In this document: piece by piece, positions 17,180 through 26,877 of the stretch
Layout: the number at the start of each line of letters is the position of its first letter
Position numbering within the stretch: position 1 is the first letter of the stretch
Virus record (IMG/VR): IMGVR_UViG_3300048575_000506
Span: 1 to 35,299 of that record
Origin: a virus
Taxonomy: Duplodnaviria; Caudoviricetes
Direction: 5' to 3' (one strand)
Length of the DNA: 35,299 nucleotides
The notes under the pieces: model-generated
Seen by the model: only the letters and a program-made list of their open reading frames with translations
Database searches by the model: none
What the model was told of the DNA's origin: nothing
Program-made: the position numbers and the translations under genes

Positions 17180-19134
17180 GCCGCCGCCTCCAACTGTTCC
17201 GCCGGAACCAGATTGCCCGCCGCAAGTTGCCCCGCCACGTTTTCATCGGGCAGCACCATCGGCTTCAGCTCAAAGTCTTCCAAGTTCTTGGCCCCCGTCA
17301 GGCGCGCAATGTGTTTGATGATCCGCGCCGAATCGAACTGCGGCGCCGCCAGCGGATTACTGGTAATGATTTGCAGCACTTGCAGCCACGCATCGACCGA
17401 TTCCATCCCGGCCATGCTGGAGCCGTCATTCACCACCACGTCATAATTGGCGTCGAGCTGATCGGGGCGCACCAGCAGGTAAGGCGAGGTCATGTTGTAT
17501 TCCGCCGCGAGGCGCTCCTGCCAGCGCCCCGACAGCTTGACCCACGTCTCCGCGCTCATCAGTTGGCGCGTCTGGCTGGCCAGCATGAACCCCAAATCCT
17601 GCATCGCCTGCATGCCGACCACGCGCGCCGTCTTTTGCAGGCGCGACAGGCCCGACGTGCGCGCCCCCTTGACTTCTTCCGCCGTGCGCCGCTCGCCCGA
17701 CTTGGCGCGGATAATGCCCTGCATGATGTCGGTCGCGCCGCTCGTCTCGCGCAAGAGTTCCGTCAGCGTCATCGCGTCCTGAATGTGCTGGGTCGTTACG
17801 TCATGCGTGTTCAATTGTTGAATCGCGTCCTTGATGCCGCGTCCCCACGCATTGGGGCGCAGGCGAATCAGTTTGCCCTCGCTCGGATTTTCCAAATCAT
17901 ATGAATTCACCAGTTGCGGGTCATAGACGATCATGTCGTTCAGCACCTTGCGCACATTCGCAATATGCGAGGCAAACAGCCAATCAACCGTCTCCTGCAT
18001 GCCGTAGATGACTTCCAGACGGCTGATCGGCATCAGCGAGCGGCCATCGTAATCGGGCGCCGCCACCGCCAGCGGAAACAGGTTGTGGTCCAGATTGAGC
18101 GGCTGCGCCTGAATCACCGTTTCATCCCCGGCGACGGCAAAGAGCCATTTCTCCGGGTACTCGCGCGGCCCCAAACCCCAGTCCTTGGGGATCAGGTTGA
18201 CGTACATGTAGATCGTATCGACCGGATGCGTGAGATTGCCCGCCTGCGGCTCACGCGCGCCGCCGAGGCCAAAGCGCTCCAAATCGGGGTCCATCCGCGT
18301 CGTCACGCTCGTGCGGTTGGGCTTGCCTTTTAGGCACCGGCAGTTGAACAATCCGCTTTCGCGGTCGCGCTCGCGCGCGAGCAGGTCCATCAGGTTCTCG
18401 CGCGCCAGCCAGCCGACAAACTCCCCGGCCTGCACGTCGTGCAGCGGTACATTGGGATCGGGCAGATATTTATAAGGGTCGATGTTCAGCAGGCGATTGC
18501 CTTCAAACATCACGTAATCCACCACCGACCGCTTTTTCGTCGTCGGCACAAACCGCTGCACCATCGACCAGAAGCCGTCGGTGCGCCAGACCGATTTCTG
18601 CCCCATCACGCGCGACCAGACCGGCGCGATGACGCCGAAGCCATACGCAAAGGCATCGCGAAAGAAGGTATGCAGCGCGAGCCCGTTTTTCAGCCGTTGG
18701 CATTGCTGGTCGATCACGTGCTCATACATGATCGCCGGAATCGCATCTTCCGGCCCGCTGCCTTCGTAGCGGAAATAGGGGCGCTCCAGAAAGACCGTCG
18801 TCATATAGGTCAGCAGCGTTTCCAGCGCGGCAAACGAGACCGGCACCACGATCCGTACCGGTTTACGCGGGTCGGTCTTTTTCAGCGCGCGCTCCGCGTC
18901 GTCCAGCGGCACAAACGCCGTCAGCGTGCGGTCAATCAGCCGCCATGAACTATGACGCGGCTGCATCGCGCCGCAACTGGCGCGCGCCCGCTCGGTCACG
19001 GCGCTGACAATCCGCTGATGCAGCGGCGAGCCGGGGCGCAGGTCCAGCCCGGCGGGATAGTCATAACCCGCTTGCGCCACCGCGCGAGCCGCGCCCGGAT
19101 CAACATAATCGGCCCCGCTCACCACGTTCGGCAT
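17176..19134 (-). CDS. Portal protein
   Basis: 652 aa; DAFAYGFG, SGATDIMQG and RRTAEE motifs of P22/SU10-type portals. Confidence 0.9.
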   Translation of the reverse strand: MPNVVSGADYVDPGAARAVAQAGYDYPAGLDLRPGSPLHQRIVSAVTERARASCGAMQPRHSSWRLIDRTLTAFVPLDDAERALKKTDPRKPVRIVVPVSFAALETLLTYMTTVFLERPYFRYEGSGPEDAIPAIMYEHVIDQQCQRLKNGLALHTFFRDAFAYGFGVIAPVWSRVMGQKSVWRTDGFWSMVQRFVPTTKKRSVVDYVMFEGNRLLNIDPYKYLPDPNVPLHDVQAGEFVGWLARENLMDLLARERDRESGLFNCRCLKGKPNRTSVTTRMDPDLERFGLGGAREPQAGNLTHPVDTIYMYVNLIPKDWGLGPREYPEKWLFAVAGDETVIQAQPLNLDHNLFPLAVAAPDYDGRSLMPISRLEVIYGMQETVDWLFASHIANVRKVLNDMIVYDPQLVNSYDLENPSEGKLIRLRPNAWGRGIKDAIQQLNTHDVTTQHIQDAMTLTELLRETSGATDIMQGIIRAKSGERRTAEEVKGARTSGLSRLQKTARVVGMQAMQDLGFMLASQTRQLMSAETWVKLSGRWQERLAAEYNMTSPYLLVRPDQLDANYDVVVNDGSSMAGMESVDAWLQVLQIITSNPLAAPQFDSARIIKHIARLTGAKNLEDFELKPMVLPDENVAGQLAAGNLVPAEQLEAAA

Positions 19135-19376
19135 CAGGCCTGCGCCTCGGGCGCGGTCGGCGCGGCAATGCTGTTATCCGTACCAGCGGCGGCCCCGCTC
19201 GCAATCGCGTCACGAATGAAAATCGTGCCCAGCCCTGCCAGCGAACTCAAAATCCCGGCGGCCAGATTGGTCTCAAGCTGCCCCATGGCCGTCAAGACAC
19301 CGGTGGTGACTGCAATCAGTCCCGTCCAAAAACTGCGACTCGTGAGTGTTTCACGTGAAAGCTTGAACTTATTCAT
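19134..19376 (-). CDS. Putative holin
   Basis: 80 aa with two hydrophobic segments and SRSFW motif; adjacent to the lysin. Confidence 0.65.
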   Translation of the reverse strand: MNKFKLSRETLTSRSFWTGLIAVTTGVLTAMGQLETNLAAGILSSLAGLGTIFIRDAIASGAAAGTDNSIAAPTAPEAQA

Positions 19377-19771
19377 GCCTGCCCGTCCTTTGCTTCATTG
19401 GTTTTGTCGGTTTCATTGACCAGTGCCACCGCCAGGTGGCTGGCATTTAAAAAATCGTCTTCGGCCGCCGCCCGGTCTGCCGTGCAGATATCCAGTCGCG
19501 CCAGCCCCCGCCCCTTGAACGCGCTCCCCGTATCCACCACGCGAAACTCAACCGGGCGCGCGTAGCGCAGATCGAAGGCGGGCAAGACCAGCCGCGTGCC
19601 GTAAGGCAGCGCCCGCGCATCCATCGCCACCGCGACGTAAGGCGCGCGCCCGGCCAGGTAATCTTGCAGCGTGGCAAGGGGCCTACCGCGCCGGTCGCGA
19701 AAACCGCCTTCCAGCGGCGAACTGTCGGGGTAGTAGCCGGTGGCGCGTGCGCGAAATGAGATCACATGCAT
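19373..19771 (-). CDS. 3D-domain (MltA-like) lytic transglycosylase, putative endolysin
   Basis: ATGYYP, VAVAMD...LPYGT, VVDTGSAFKG..RLDI three-aspartate pattern. Confidence 0.75.
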   Translation of the reverse strand: MHVISFRARATGYYPDSSPLEGGFRDRRGRPLATLQDYLAGRAPYVAVAMDARALPYGTRLVLPAFDLRYARPVEFRVVDTGSAFKGRGLARLDICTADRAAAEDDFLNASHLAVALVNETDKTNEAKDGQA

Positions 19772-19779
19772 GATGACGC

Positions 19780-20067
19780 TCAGGGTTTCAGTTTCAAAAA
19801 GTGCGCCGCCAGCAGCGCGACCAGCGAAGTGGCGCTCGTGAAAAACGTCGCCACCGAGGCGCTGACCACGATCCAGTAAAACTTTTCCATTCGTTCGATC
19901 CGCTGTTTAACCAGTTCCACTTCGGTCTTGAGCCCCAGCTTGCCGTTGCCGTAAATCTGCTCCGCCAGCGCCTTGAGCAGCGGCTCCAGTTCACAAGCCT
20001 CGGCGGGGCGGACCACCGGCGGGCTACTACCGAGCGGGGGGACGCTGTCAAGCGCCGAGGGGCTCAC
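19780..20067 (-). CDS. Membrane protein (coiled coil plus C-terminal TM), lysis accessory or holin-like
   Basis: Likely GTG start overlapping the upstream TGA; GNGKLGL motif; C-terminal hydrophobic helix. Confidence 0.55.
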   Translation of the reverse strand: MSPSALDSVPPLGSSPPVVRPAEACELEPLLKALAEQIYGNGKLGLKTEVELVKQRIERMEKFYWIVVSASVATFFTSATSLVALLAAHFLKLKP

Positions 20068-21740
20068 AGCCCCACCCGCGCAATCGTCAGATAGGTGACA
20101 TAGGGCGCCGAGCCATTGATCGCCAGCGCCGTGCCCGAGTTCTGCCACGCGCGCACATCGACCGTCTGCCCCGCCGCCAGCCGCAAGACGCCGCCGGCCG
20201 CCGCCGAGGTGGCGTTGGAGCTGTTCGGCGCATAAACGCCGTTCATCACGATCGTGCCCGCAACCGCAATCCCGCAGGCGCGCGAGCCGCTCGCATTGGG
20301 TTCGAAATAGCAGCAGGCGGCAACGTAGTAAGTGCCCGCCATCGGCACCGTGAAGACACCCGTCGCGGGATTAAACGCCTGCGCCGTGTCCACTGTCTCC
20401 ACATTGAACGGCACGACGGTCGTGGCGGCGCTGGCCAGCGCCGCCGTATTGCCCGAGCGATAAGCCTGAAGATAAACCTGTTGCAACGCGGAGCGATTCA
20501 CAAACTCCCCCGCATTATACAGCGCGCGGATTTCCCCCGCGCTCAGCGCCCGCGAGAATTGCAGCCATTCATCAAGCTGCGCCGCCAAACGCTGACTCCC
20601 GTTTGCATCGCACGCCAAACGGTAGGCACTGTTGCCCGCCGCGTTGCCCAGCGCGCTGTACGTCGCGCTCCAAAAAGGCACCGCGTCGCAGTACCACACC
20701 ATCTGTTTGGTGGCGCGTTCCAGCGTGAAACTCCACAGGTGCCATTTGCCGTCGAACCACGATACCGGCGGATACTGCGTGGACGGTCCGACCACATTGC
20801 TGCCGTCATACACGACCAGGTATTGCCCGCCGTCATTGGTCAGCGCCCAGCGAAACCCTTTGCTCGTCGCCGTGCTGTAATTGGTGGCGAGATAACCGGC
20901 ATCGGCGGCGCCGGCGCGCAGCCACACGCACAGCGTGAAGCTGCCGTTACCGTCGCCCCCCAGTTCATAACGCGCGCTGTCAAAACTGAGATAATCATCC
21001 ACGCCGTCAAAGGCGAGGCAATTGCCGAGACTCACGCGGCCTGCGCTGTCCACGACCGCCGCCGCCGCCGCCGGGGCACCGGCCAGCGTGGGCGTCAGCC
21101 CATCGACCCAGTTCTGTACGCCCAGCGGCGTATTGGCATCAAAATGCACCTGCACTTGCAGCCCATTGTCGCTCACCCCGCCCCCATTATTAATCAGCGC
21201 CCCGCCGCTGAAGGTATTGAGCCCCGTCCAGGTGAGAGCCGTATTGAGCGGCAGCGAGAAAATGCCGGTCGCGCCATTATAAGCCAGCGGCGGCGCCGCG
21301 CTGAGGCTGGCCCGCGCGCGCGCCGCCGTGAAATACTGATTCGTGCCTTCAGGCACTTGCGAGGTCGTGCCGCCCCAACCGATGCGCTGGAGCGCCGTGT
21401 CATACGTCAGCGGCGCGCCGACCCGGTCGCTGAGCGGCAACCACTGGCGCGTGCCGTCCAGGTATTGACCATAACCGCCGCCCGGCGGCAGCAGTTGCAG
21501 CGTTTGCCAGCCGCCCGTCCCCTTGTCATCGCTGGCCGTAAAGACCTGCCCCGGCGTGGCCGAACCGCCCAGCCGCGTCTGGCCCTCGATCACGCAATCG
21601 CCGTGGATCGTCAGCTTGTCATCGATTTCCCGCTGCCCCCCAGGCGCACTAAAGGGGCTAAAGATAAGAAATACGCTCGCGACGCACCCACACGCCATCG
21701 CGCCGCGTCTCAAAAATGAAATCATGCGTTGCTCCATCAA
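20064..21740 (-). CDS. Tail fibre/receptor-binding protein with LamG (ConA-like) and C-terminal C1q-like domains
   Basis: LAFDGVDDY, FTLCVW, DGKWHL, LDEWLQFSRALSAGEI (LamG); FNPATGVFTVPMAGTYYV (C1q); start codon uncertain. Confidence 0.75.
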   Translation of the reverse strand: MMEQRMISFLRRGAMACGCVASVFLIFSPFSAPGGQREIDDKLTIHGDCVIEGQTRLGGSATPGQVFTASDDKGTGGWQTLQLLPPGGGYGQYLDGTRQWLPLSDRVGAPLTYDTALQRIGWGGTTSQVPEGTNQYFTAARARASLSAAPPLAYNGATGIFSLPLNTALTWTGLNTFSGGALINNGGGVSDNGLQVQVHFDANTPLGVQNWVDGLTPTLAGAPAAAAAVVDSAGRVSLGNCLAFDGVDDYLSFDSARYELGGDGNGSFTLCVWLRAGAADAGYLATNYSTATSKGFRWALTNDGGQYLVVYDGSNVVGPSTQYPPVSWFDGKWHLWSFTLERATKQMVWYCDAVPFWSATYSALGNAAGNSAYRLACDANGSQRLAAQLDEWLQFSRALSAGEIRALYNAGEFVNRSALQQVYLQAYRSGNTAALASAATTVVPFNVETVDTAQAFNPATGVFTVPMAGTYYVAACCYFEPNASGSRACGIAVAGTIVMNGVYAPNSSNATSAAAGGVLRLAAGQTVDVRAWQNSGTALAINGSAPYVTYLTIARVGL

Positions 21741-22038
21741 TTCTGAATCGCCACAGCGCCGTGCCGGCCACGCCGAGCACGATTTGCTCCAGCACGCCGC
21801 TCTCGGCGTCCCCTTTTCTCAACACATCGTGCTCATTCGTCGGCGGGCGCAGGACCGTTACCCGGCCGTCGGTATGCAGCGCGCACACCTCAATCCCGCT
21901 CGGCGTGCCGTCCTCGTTTTCATATTCCAGCGCGTTGCCGTATTCATCCGTTACCGGCACTTCAAACGGGCCGCGCGAGCCGTCGTAAATCGTGATTGTC
22001 GCATTCGGTACACCGGCCATCTCAGGCCACTTTGACAA
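21658..22038 (-). CDS. Hypothetical tail-associated protein
   Basis: 126 aa between the two fibre-like genes. Confidence 0.55.
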   Translation of the reverse strand: MSKWPEMAGVPNATITIYDGSRGPFEVPVTDEYGNALEYENEDGTPSGIEVCALHTDGRVTVLRPPTNEHDVLRKGDAESGVLEQIVLGVAGTALWRFRIDGATHDFIFETRRDGVWVRRERISYL

Positions 22039-23446
22039 TCGAAAGCGTCACGTTGCAATCGGGGTTGCCCGCCGGGGCCACAATCGCCAGCGCTTCGCCC
22101 GCATTCTGGTGTGCCCGAATCGTCAGCTTGTCGCCCGCCTCGGCCGCGACCAGACCGGTCACCTCGTGATGCGTGCCGATGGTGCTGTTCGCTAGCACCG
22201 TGCGATGCGTCCATTCGGTTGCATTGACATAAATGCCGAGGTCCCGTTGACCGTCCGCCTGCGCCGCAAAAGCCACCGTCGCGCTTACCAGGTACGCCCC
22301 GCCGCCCCCCGCCGGGACGGTGAATTCGCCCGTGGCGGCATTGAAACAGTTCCCCACATCGACCCGTTTGGTCGGAAACAGCACCGTCACCGTCGCGTCA
22401 GCGGGTACCAGTTGCGAACCGGCTTGGTAGGCGAAGACGCGCGGATTGCCGCCCAGCGCCGCGATGCCCCCCACCGTCAGGCCCCCCGTGAAATTCCCGC
22501 TCGCGCCGCTGACCGCCCCGGCGGCGCCCACACTGGCCGCCGTCAACATCCCCGCGAGCGTCAGATCGCGCCCATATTGGCCACCGACCGCCGACCAAGC
22601 GCCTCCCGCCGCGCCCGCCACCACGTGCGGCGAGTTCGCCGCGCCGCCGTGACTGTCCCAGGCATACAGCGTGAAGCGCGTCGGGGCGCCGCTTTGCCAG
22701 GCCACCAGCAATTGCCCCTCGTCATGGCCCGCCAGCGTCGCCAGCTCGGGCGCCGGATCGGCCAGGTTGACGACCGGCACGCGCCGCATGATGCCCGCGC
22801 CGTTCGTCAGTAGCGCCAGCGCGGCCGCCAGCGCGGCCAGTTCGCCCAGCACGGCATCGAGTTCCTGCTTGCGCACCGCATCGGTGGCCTCAACCGGCGT
22901 CTGACTCACCCGGCACTGCGATAAAAAGGCGCGCCAGCGCCCACTCTCAAAGCCCAGGTAATAGGCGTCGTCATTCGAGGGGAACAGGTTCCCTTCCAGA
23001 TTCAGCCCGCCGCACTGGATATAGGGGCCGGAGCCAATCCACATCCCGCGCAGCTTTGCCGGGCAGCGGTACGGTTCAAAGCCGCTCCCCGTAAAGGTCG
23101 GATCATAGAGATACTGCGCATAGAGCCGCGCATGCAGCGCGTCCTCGGCCTCCTGCCACACGACCAGCACCCCGGCGTCGTCGCCGTTGTATTTCGCCAG
23201 CTCTTGGGCGGGGTGATAAATGTCCGCCACCTGTAAATACAGTCGCCGCGTCGCCATGGGGTCCACGTCCATCAGCCGCAACACGTCGGTCGGCGCCACC
23301 GGCGCGCCGTCCACGCGCACCGGCAATTCACTGCGCAATCCGCGCAGGGGTGCCCCGTCACTCGGATAAAAACCATCGGGGTCGATTTCCAATAAAATGC
23401 CCGGCCCCAGCCAGACAGCCTTCTTTGCCATTATGCCGCCATCCAT
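22022..23446 (-). CDS. Tail fibre-like protein with C-terminal C1q-like domain
   Basis: FNAATGEFTVPAGGGGAYLV C1q motif; YYLGFESGRWR fibre-type motif. Confidence 0.65.
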   Translation of the reverse strand: MDGGIMAKKAVWLGPGILLEIDPDGFYPSDGAPLRGLRSELPVRVDGAPVAPTDVLRLMDVDPMATRRLYLQVADIYHPAQELAKYNGDDAGVLVVWQEAEDALHARLYAQYLYDPTFTGSGFEPYRCPAKLRGMWIGSGPYIQCGGLNLEGNLFPSNDDAYYLGFESGRWRAFLSQCRVSQTPVEATDAVRKQELDAVLGELAALAAALALLTNGAGIMRRVPVVNLADPAPELATLAGHDEGQLLVAWQSGAPTRFTLYAWDSHGGAANSPHVVAGAAGGAWSAVGGQYGRDLTLAGMLTAASVGAAGAVSGASGNFTGGLTVGGIAALGGNPRVFAYQAGSQLVPADATVTVLFPTKRVDVGNCFNAATGEFTVPAGGGGAYLVSATVAFAAQADGQRDLGIYVNATEWTHRTVLANSTIGTHHEVTGLVAAEAGDKLTIRAHQNAGEALAIVAPAGNPDCNVTLSIVKVA

Positions 23447-24924
23447 GAGTCAGATAATTGCGGAGCATTGCCCCGCTCAAGTTCGCGGTAACACGCTTCC
23501 ATTTCCTCGCGCGTCCAGCCATGTTGCGTGCGCGGATGAAAGTAGCGTCCCCCCAGCTCCAGCAGTTGCACCACGTAGGCCATCGCGTCGCTGGCGTCGT
23601 CGCGCCGGGCGCGTGGAAAGGCGAGCAATTGTTGCTCCAGCGCCCCGCACCCCACGCGATTATGAAAAATCCGTTTTTGCCGATAATACGGCGCCAGCGC
23701 CTTGATCCGGTCCTCTTTGCTGCGATTGTTGGTCTTGAGCGGCTCAATCGCGATCATCACGCCGTGCGCCGTCAGGTAATCCATCATCGGCCGCACCACG
23801 AAATCGACGAGGCTCGCCGTTTCGACCCCCACCACCACCGCCCCCCAGAACCGCACCATCGCCGCAATCTCGGCGTAAATCTCGTCGGGATGCCAATGCC
23901 CGACCCGCACCTCGCGCACGTACAGGTATCCCGTCTTGAGATCAATCCCGACCGCCACAATCGCCGTCTCATCGGCTTTCGTGCTGGCCGACTTGGCCGG
24001 GTCCACCAGCAGGAAGGTCTCAATCCCGCGTTCGGTCAGCCGCGCTTCGCTTTCGCCGTACCACTGGAACATCTCGGCGCGAAAAACCGCGTCTTCCCCC
24101 GCCGTCACCAGATTGCGTCGCTCCATGAACCACAGATCCAGCAACCCCTGCGCGCGGTACGATTCCATTTCTTCGCGGATCGCGTCGTCGCTCATGTACT
24201 CCGGCCAGTGCGTATGCCCCGCGTCGTCGCACAGCTCCACGCGCAAGACCGTCCAGTGCGGGTCTTTTTCAAGGCTCGCGAGCAGCGAATCCTCGTGCAG
24301 CATCGTGCCGATCACGACCACCTTCCAATCGGTGGTCCCCTTGTTGACCAGCGGCAAGAGCGTCTTGTAAAACCAGCGGCGCAGATTCTCGCGCACCTCC
24401 GGATTATTCACTTCACCGTCTTTTTCCAAATCATCGACCACGATCAAATCCGGCCGCTTGCCCCGGTGCAGCGCCCCGCGAATCGCCTGTCCCGCGCCGC
24501 GCGGTTCCACCCGCATCCCCGCCGCCGTCACCCAGCCCTCTTTGCTCCATTCGCCTGAGGTCTGGTCGCCGAACATCGTCAGCAGGATGGGATTGGTCGC
24601 CACTTCATTCTTGATATCCTCGCTGCGCTGCATCGCCATCGATTCATTGTTGCAGACCAGCATCACGTAGTGACTGAGCGCATACGAAATGCGCCGCACG
24701 ATATACGAGAGCAGCATCGAGGTCTTGCCCCAGCCGCGCGGCGCGAGAATCAGGCACCAGCGCTTTTGCGGATCATCGAGCAATTCCATGATGCGCGCGT
24801 GCGACAGCGAGAACTTGAGGTCAAAGCGTCCGGGGAACGCCAGCGACGAAAACGAAAAGGTATTGCGGGCGCCCATCCGCAAGAGGGCATCCCGCGTGGC
24901 GGCGCGGTCGAGTGAAGTTGCCAT
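23431..24924 (-). CDS. terL: Terminase large subunit
   Basis: Walker A APRGWGKT, Walker B IVVDDLE, RNase H-like LVDPA/DETA/RDDASDA. Confidence 0.95.
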   Translation of the reverse strand: MATSLDRAATRDALLRMGARNTFSFSSLAFPGRFDLKFSLSHARIMELLDDPQKRWCLILAPRGWGKTSMLLSYIVRRISYALSHYVMLVCNNESMAMQRSEDIKNEVATNPILLTMFGDQTSGEWSKEGWVTAAGMRVEPRGAGQAIRGALHRGKRPDLIVVDDLEKDGEVNNPEVRENLRRWFYKTLLPLVNKGTTDWKVVVIGTMLHEDSLLASLEKDPHWTVLRVELCDDAGHTHWPEYMSDDAIREEMESYRAQGLLDLWFMERRNLVTAGEDAVFRAEMFQWYGESEARLTERGIETFLLVDPAKSASTKADETAIVAVGIDLKTGYLYVREVRVGHWHPDEIYAEIAAMVRFWGAVVVGVETASLVDFVVRPMMDYLTAHGVMIAIEPLKTNNRSKEDRIKALAPYYRQKRIFHNRVGCGALEQQLLAFPRARRDDASDAMAYVVQLLELGGRYFHPRTQHGWTREEMEACYRELERGNAPQLSDSWMAA

Positions 24925-25033
24925 ATGAAACTAACTAAAAAGATGGTTGCGATACCGGGCTGGACACGTTAAAGAGATAGCCGTCCGGTTGCTCTCTGGT
25001 GCAGCACTTCGGTGACCTCCACACCCGTCAACG

Positions 25034-25441
25034 TCATTGAGGTTCAGGGCTGCAACCGGCGTCCGTTTCAATCACCAGTTCGCACGGCACGTCAATTGTG
25101 TTGCGCTCCAGGCTTTTCACCATGTCGCGCAAGACCTCCACGGTGATATGAAAGTGTTCGTGGCGCACCCGCTTCTGCGGCGTGAAGCCCGCACGGTCAA
25201 ACGCCGAATTGGCGGCGACCGTCTTGGTCTGCGGGCTGGCCTTGGGGCTTTCCATCACTTCGCGCAGCGTTTGGACCGCCAGCGGCGTCAGCGACTGAAT
25301 CGCCGCGTTGATCTCCACCGGGTCACAGCTTTTGGGCGTGTACGGCGTGAGGGCCGTTTCGGCTCCATGCGCCGTTCCAGCCAGCGCCGTTCCGGCGCCA
25401 GCCGGCAGTTCGGTAATTCGGCGCTTACGAAGCTTGGCCAC
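25034..25441 (-). CDS. Probable terminase small subunit
   Basis: AVQTLREVM...AANSAFDRAG motif directly upstream of terL; start estimated (GTG 25441). Confidence 0.6.
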   Translation of the reverse strand: MAKLRKRRITELPAGAGTALAGTAHGAETALTPYTPKSCDPVEINAAIQSLTPLAVQTLREVMESPKASPQTKTVAANSAFDRAGFTPQKRVRHEHFHITVEVLRDMVKSLERNTIDVPCELVIETDAGCSPEPQ

Positions 25442-25509
25442 GGGAGCAGCATGCCGCAACGCACCCCTCACATGCAAACGCCGAATGCCGCACTTTTCCC
25501 TTTGTAATC

Positions 25510-25612
25510 GGGCATATTTTCGCATATGCGAACATATGCCGAGTGACTGCGGAAGCATGCGAAGATATGCAGTCATCCGCGAACATGCGTGAAGATATGC
25601 CGACATATCCGG
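25510..25612. repeat. Cluster of imperfect GAA(G/C)ATATGC-like repeats
   Basis: CGCATATGCG palindrome at 25521-25530, AACATATGC, GAAGCATGC, GAAGATATGC x2, GAACATGC, GACATATCC. Confidence 0.7.
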
Positions 25613-25638
25613 TTGCAATACGAAGCGCCAAAAACGTT

Positions 25639-25768
25639 AAAACAGCGCTCGCGTGCCTTAGGCGTTTTCCGCACGCGAAGGCTCAAATCGGGCTCAATCA
25701 GTGCATTTTGACCATGATTACGCCACAAGCGCAAAAACAGCCTGCGCGTGACTTAGGCGTTTTTGCAC
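25639..25768. repeat. Imperfect ~35-bp direct repeat pair
   Basis: AAAACAGC-N4-GCGTG-N-CTTAGGCGTTTT-N1/2-GCAC at 25639-25674 and 25734-25768. Confidence 0.75.
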
Positions 25769-26089
25769 ATCAGGGCCGGGGGGTGCTCAACTTCCCGCAG
25801 CCGGTTAACGACACCTTTTTGGGGGGCCACCCCCCCCGTGCGGGGTCGCGGCGGGGGCAAAACAGGGCGCGCCGACAGGCTCAAATCAGCCCCGTTCAGG
25901 GCGTGTTTAAGGGCTCATTTGCCCCACATTGTGACCCTGAATTGGACCAAAAGGGCAGCCCCAAGTGCCTGTCCACGGTGATGGCAAGTCCCCCGCAAAA
26001 TAGCGAAATCATTAAGGAAAACATGGATTCTGCCCCATAGTTTCCAAATTATTTCCAAAAACCGGCACGCAACCGGGGCGCAGTCGGGC

Positions 26090-26377
26090 TCAATTGGGTT
26101 CATCCCTGAGCCTGAGCAGTCGGCGCGCGTTGAGCGGCAGGCACAGCGCCGGCGGGGCAGCGGGCGGGCGCGGCGGCGGCGCGGCCGAGGGCGGGGAGTG
26201 TAAAGTATTGATACTTGGCAACATGAGAGGCAAGCAATCAAGCCCCAAGTGACGACTGGCGACTAAACCATATTCGGCAGGTTTGGGCTTGGGGAGGCGG
26301 ATTGTCCGCGCGGCGTGTGTGCGAGTGTGCGCGTCGGCTTTCATGGGCGTGTGCGTGTTGTCCTCCAGCATGCTCAT
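26090..26377 (-). CDS. Hypothetical protein
   Basis: GGAG SD; ATGA-coupled to the upstream gene; low complexity. Confidence 0.4.
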   Translation of the reverse strand: MSMLEDNTHTPMKADAHTRTHAARTIRLPKPKPAEYGLVASRHLGLDCLPLMLPSINTLHSPPSAAPPPRPPAAPPALCLPLNARRLLRLRDEPN

Positions 26378-26619
26378 TGCTCCACGAATTCAAGCGTGCC
26401 GTCTGCATCAGCCGCGACGCTCATGCGAATGCGGCGGCGGATATAGGCCGCGAGCAGCCGGTCGCCATCGGGGCCTTCCAGAATGCTGAGCAATTCCTCG
26501 ATCACGTAACGCACCAGCAGCATGCGCATGCCGGGGGGAATCAGCGCCTTGAAACGCTCGGCGAGCGCGCCGCGCAAAACCAGCGGCGTGCGATAGACGC
26601 TCTGAGTTTTATTTTTCAT
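26374..26619 (-). CDS. Small hypothetical protein, possibly ribbon-helix-helix DNA-binding
   Basis: AAGGA SD; 81 aa with beta-helix-helix pattern. Confidence 0.6.
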   Translation of the reverse strand: MKNKTQSVYRTPLVLRGALAERFKALIPPGMRMLLVRYVIEELLSILEGPDGDRLLAAYIRRRIRMSVAADADGTLEFVEQ

Positions 26620-26877
26620 CGGTTGTCCTTGCCTTTAAAATTTCGCTGAAGGCCACTTGCGGGCTCTATGAGCGACGATCTCGGTTCGAGACGTGTCTTG
26701 GGGTGTTTGAGATTCTTGAGCGGCCGTGACAAGGCCTTAAACGCGTTTTAGTTTTCCACGTCGGTATTAAGTTTCATGGGCGGCATGGGTTGGTGGTAAA
26801 TCGTGCTTCGCATGCAACCTTGTCTTGCGTCCACTGGCTCAGATTGGACAGGACATTTTCCGTGCTCTCACGGCCTT

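Noticed and set aside
20064-23446. Diversity-generating retroelement acting on the fibre genes
   Set aside because: No reverse transcriptase and no TR/VR pair seen
646-24558. Long plus-strand ORFs (e.g. 1320-2594, 7380-8906, 13901-15406, 20481-21719)
   Set aside because: Antisense shadows of GC-rich genes with R/A/G-biased composition and no recognisable motifs
24925-25033. Possible structured RNA between terS and terL
   Set aside because: Only weak hairpins are visible and no recognisable family motif
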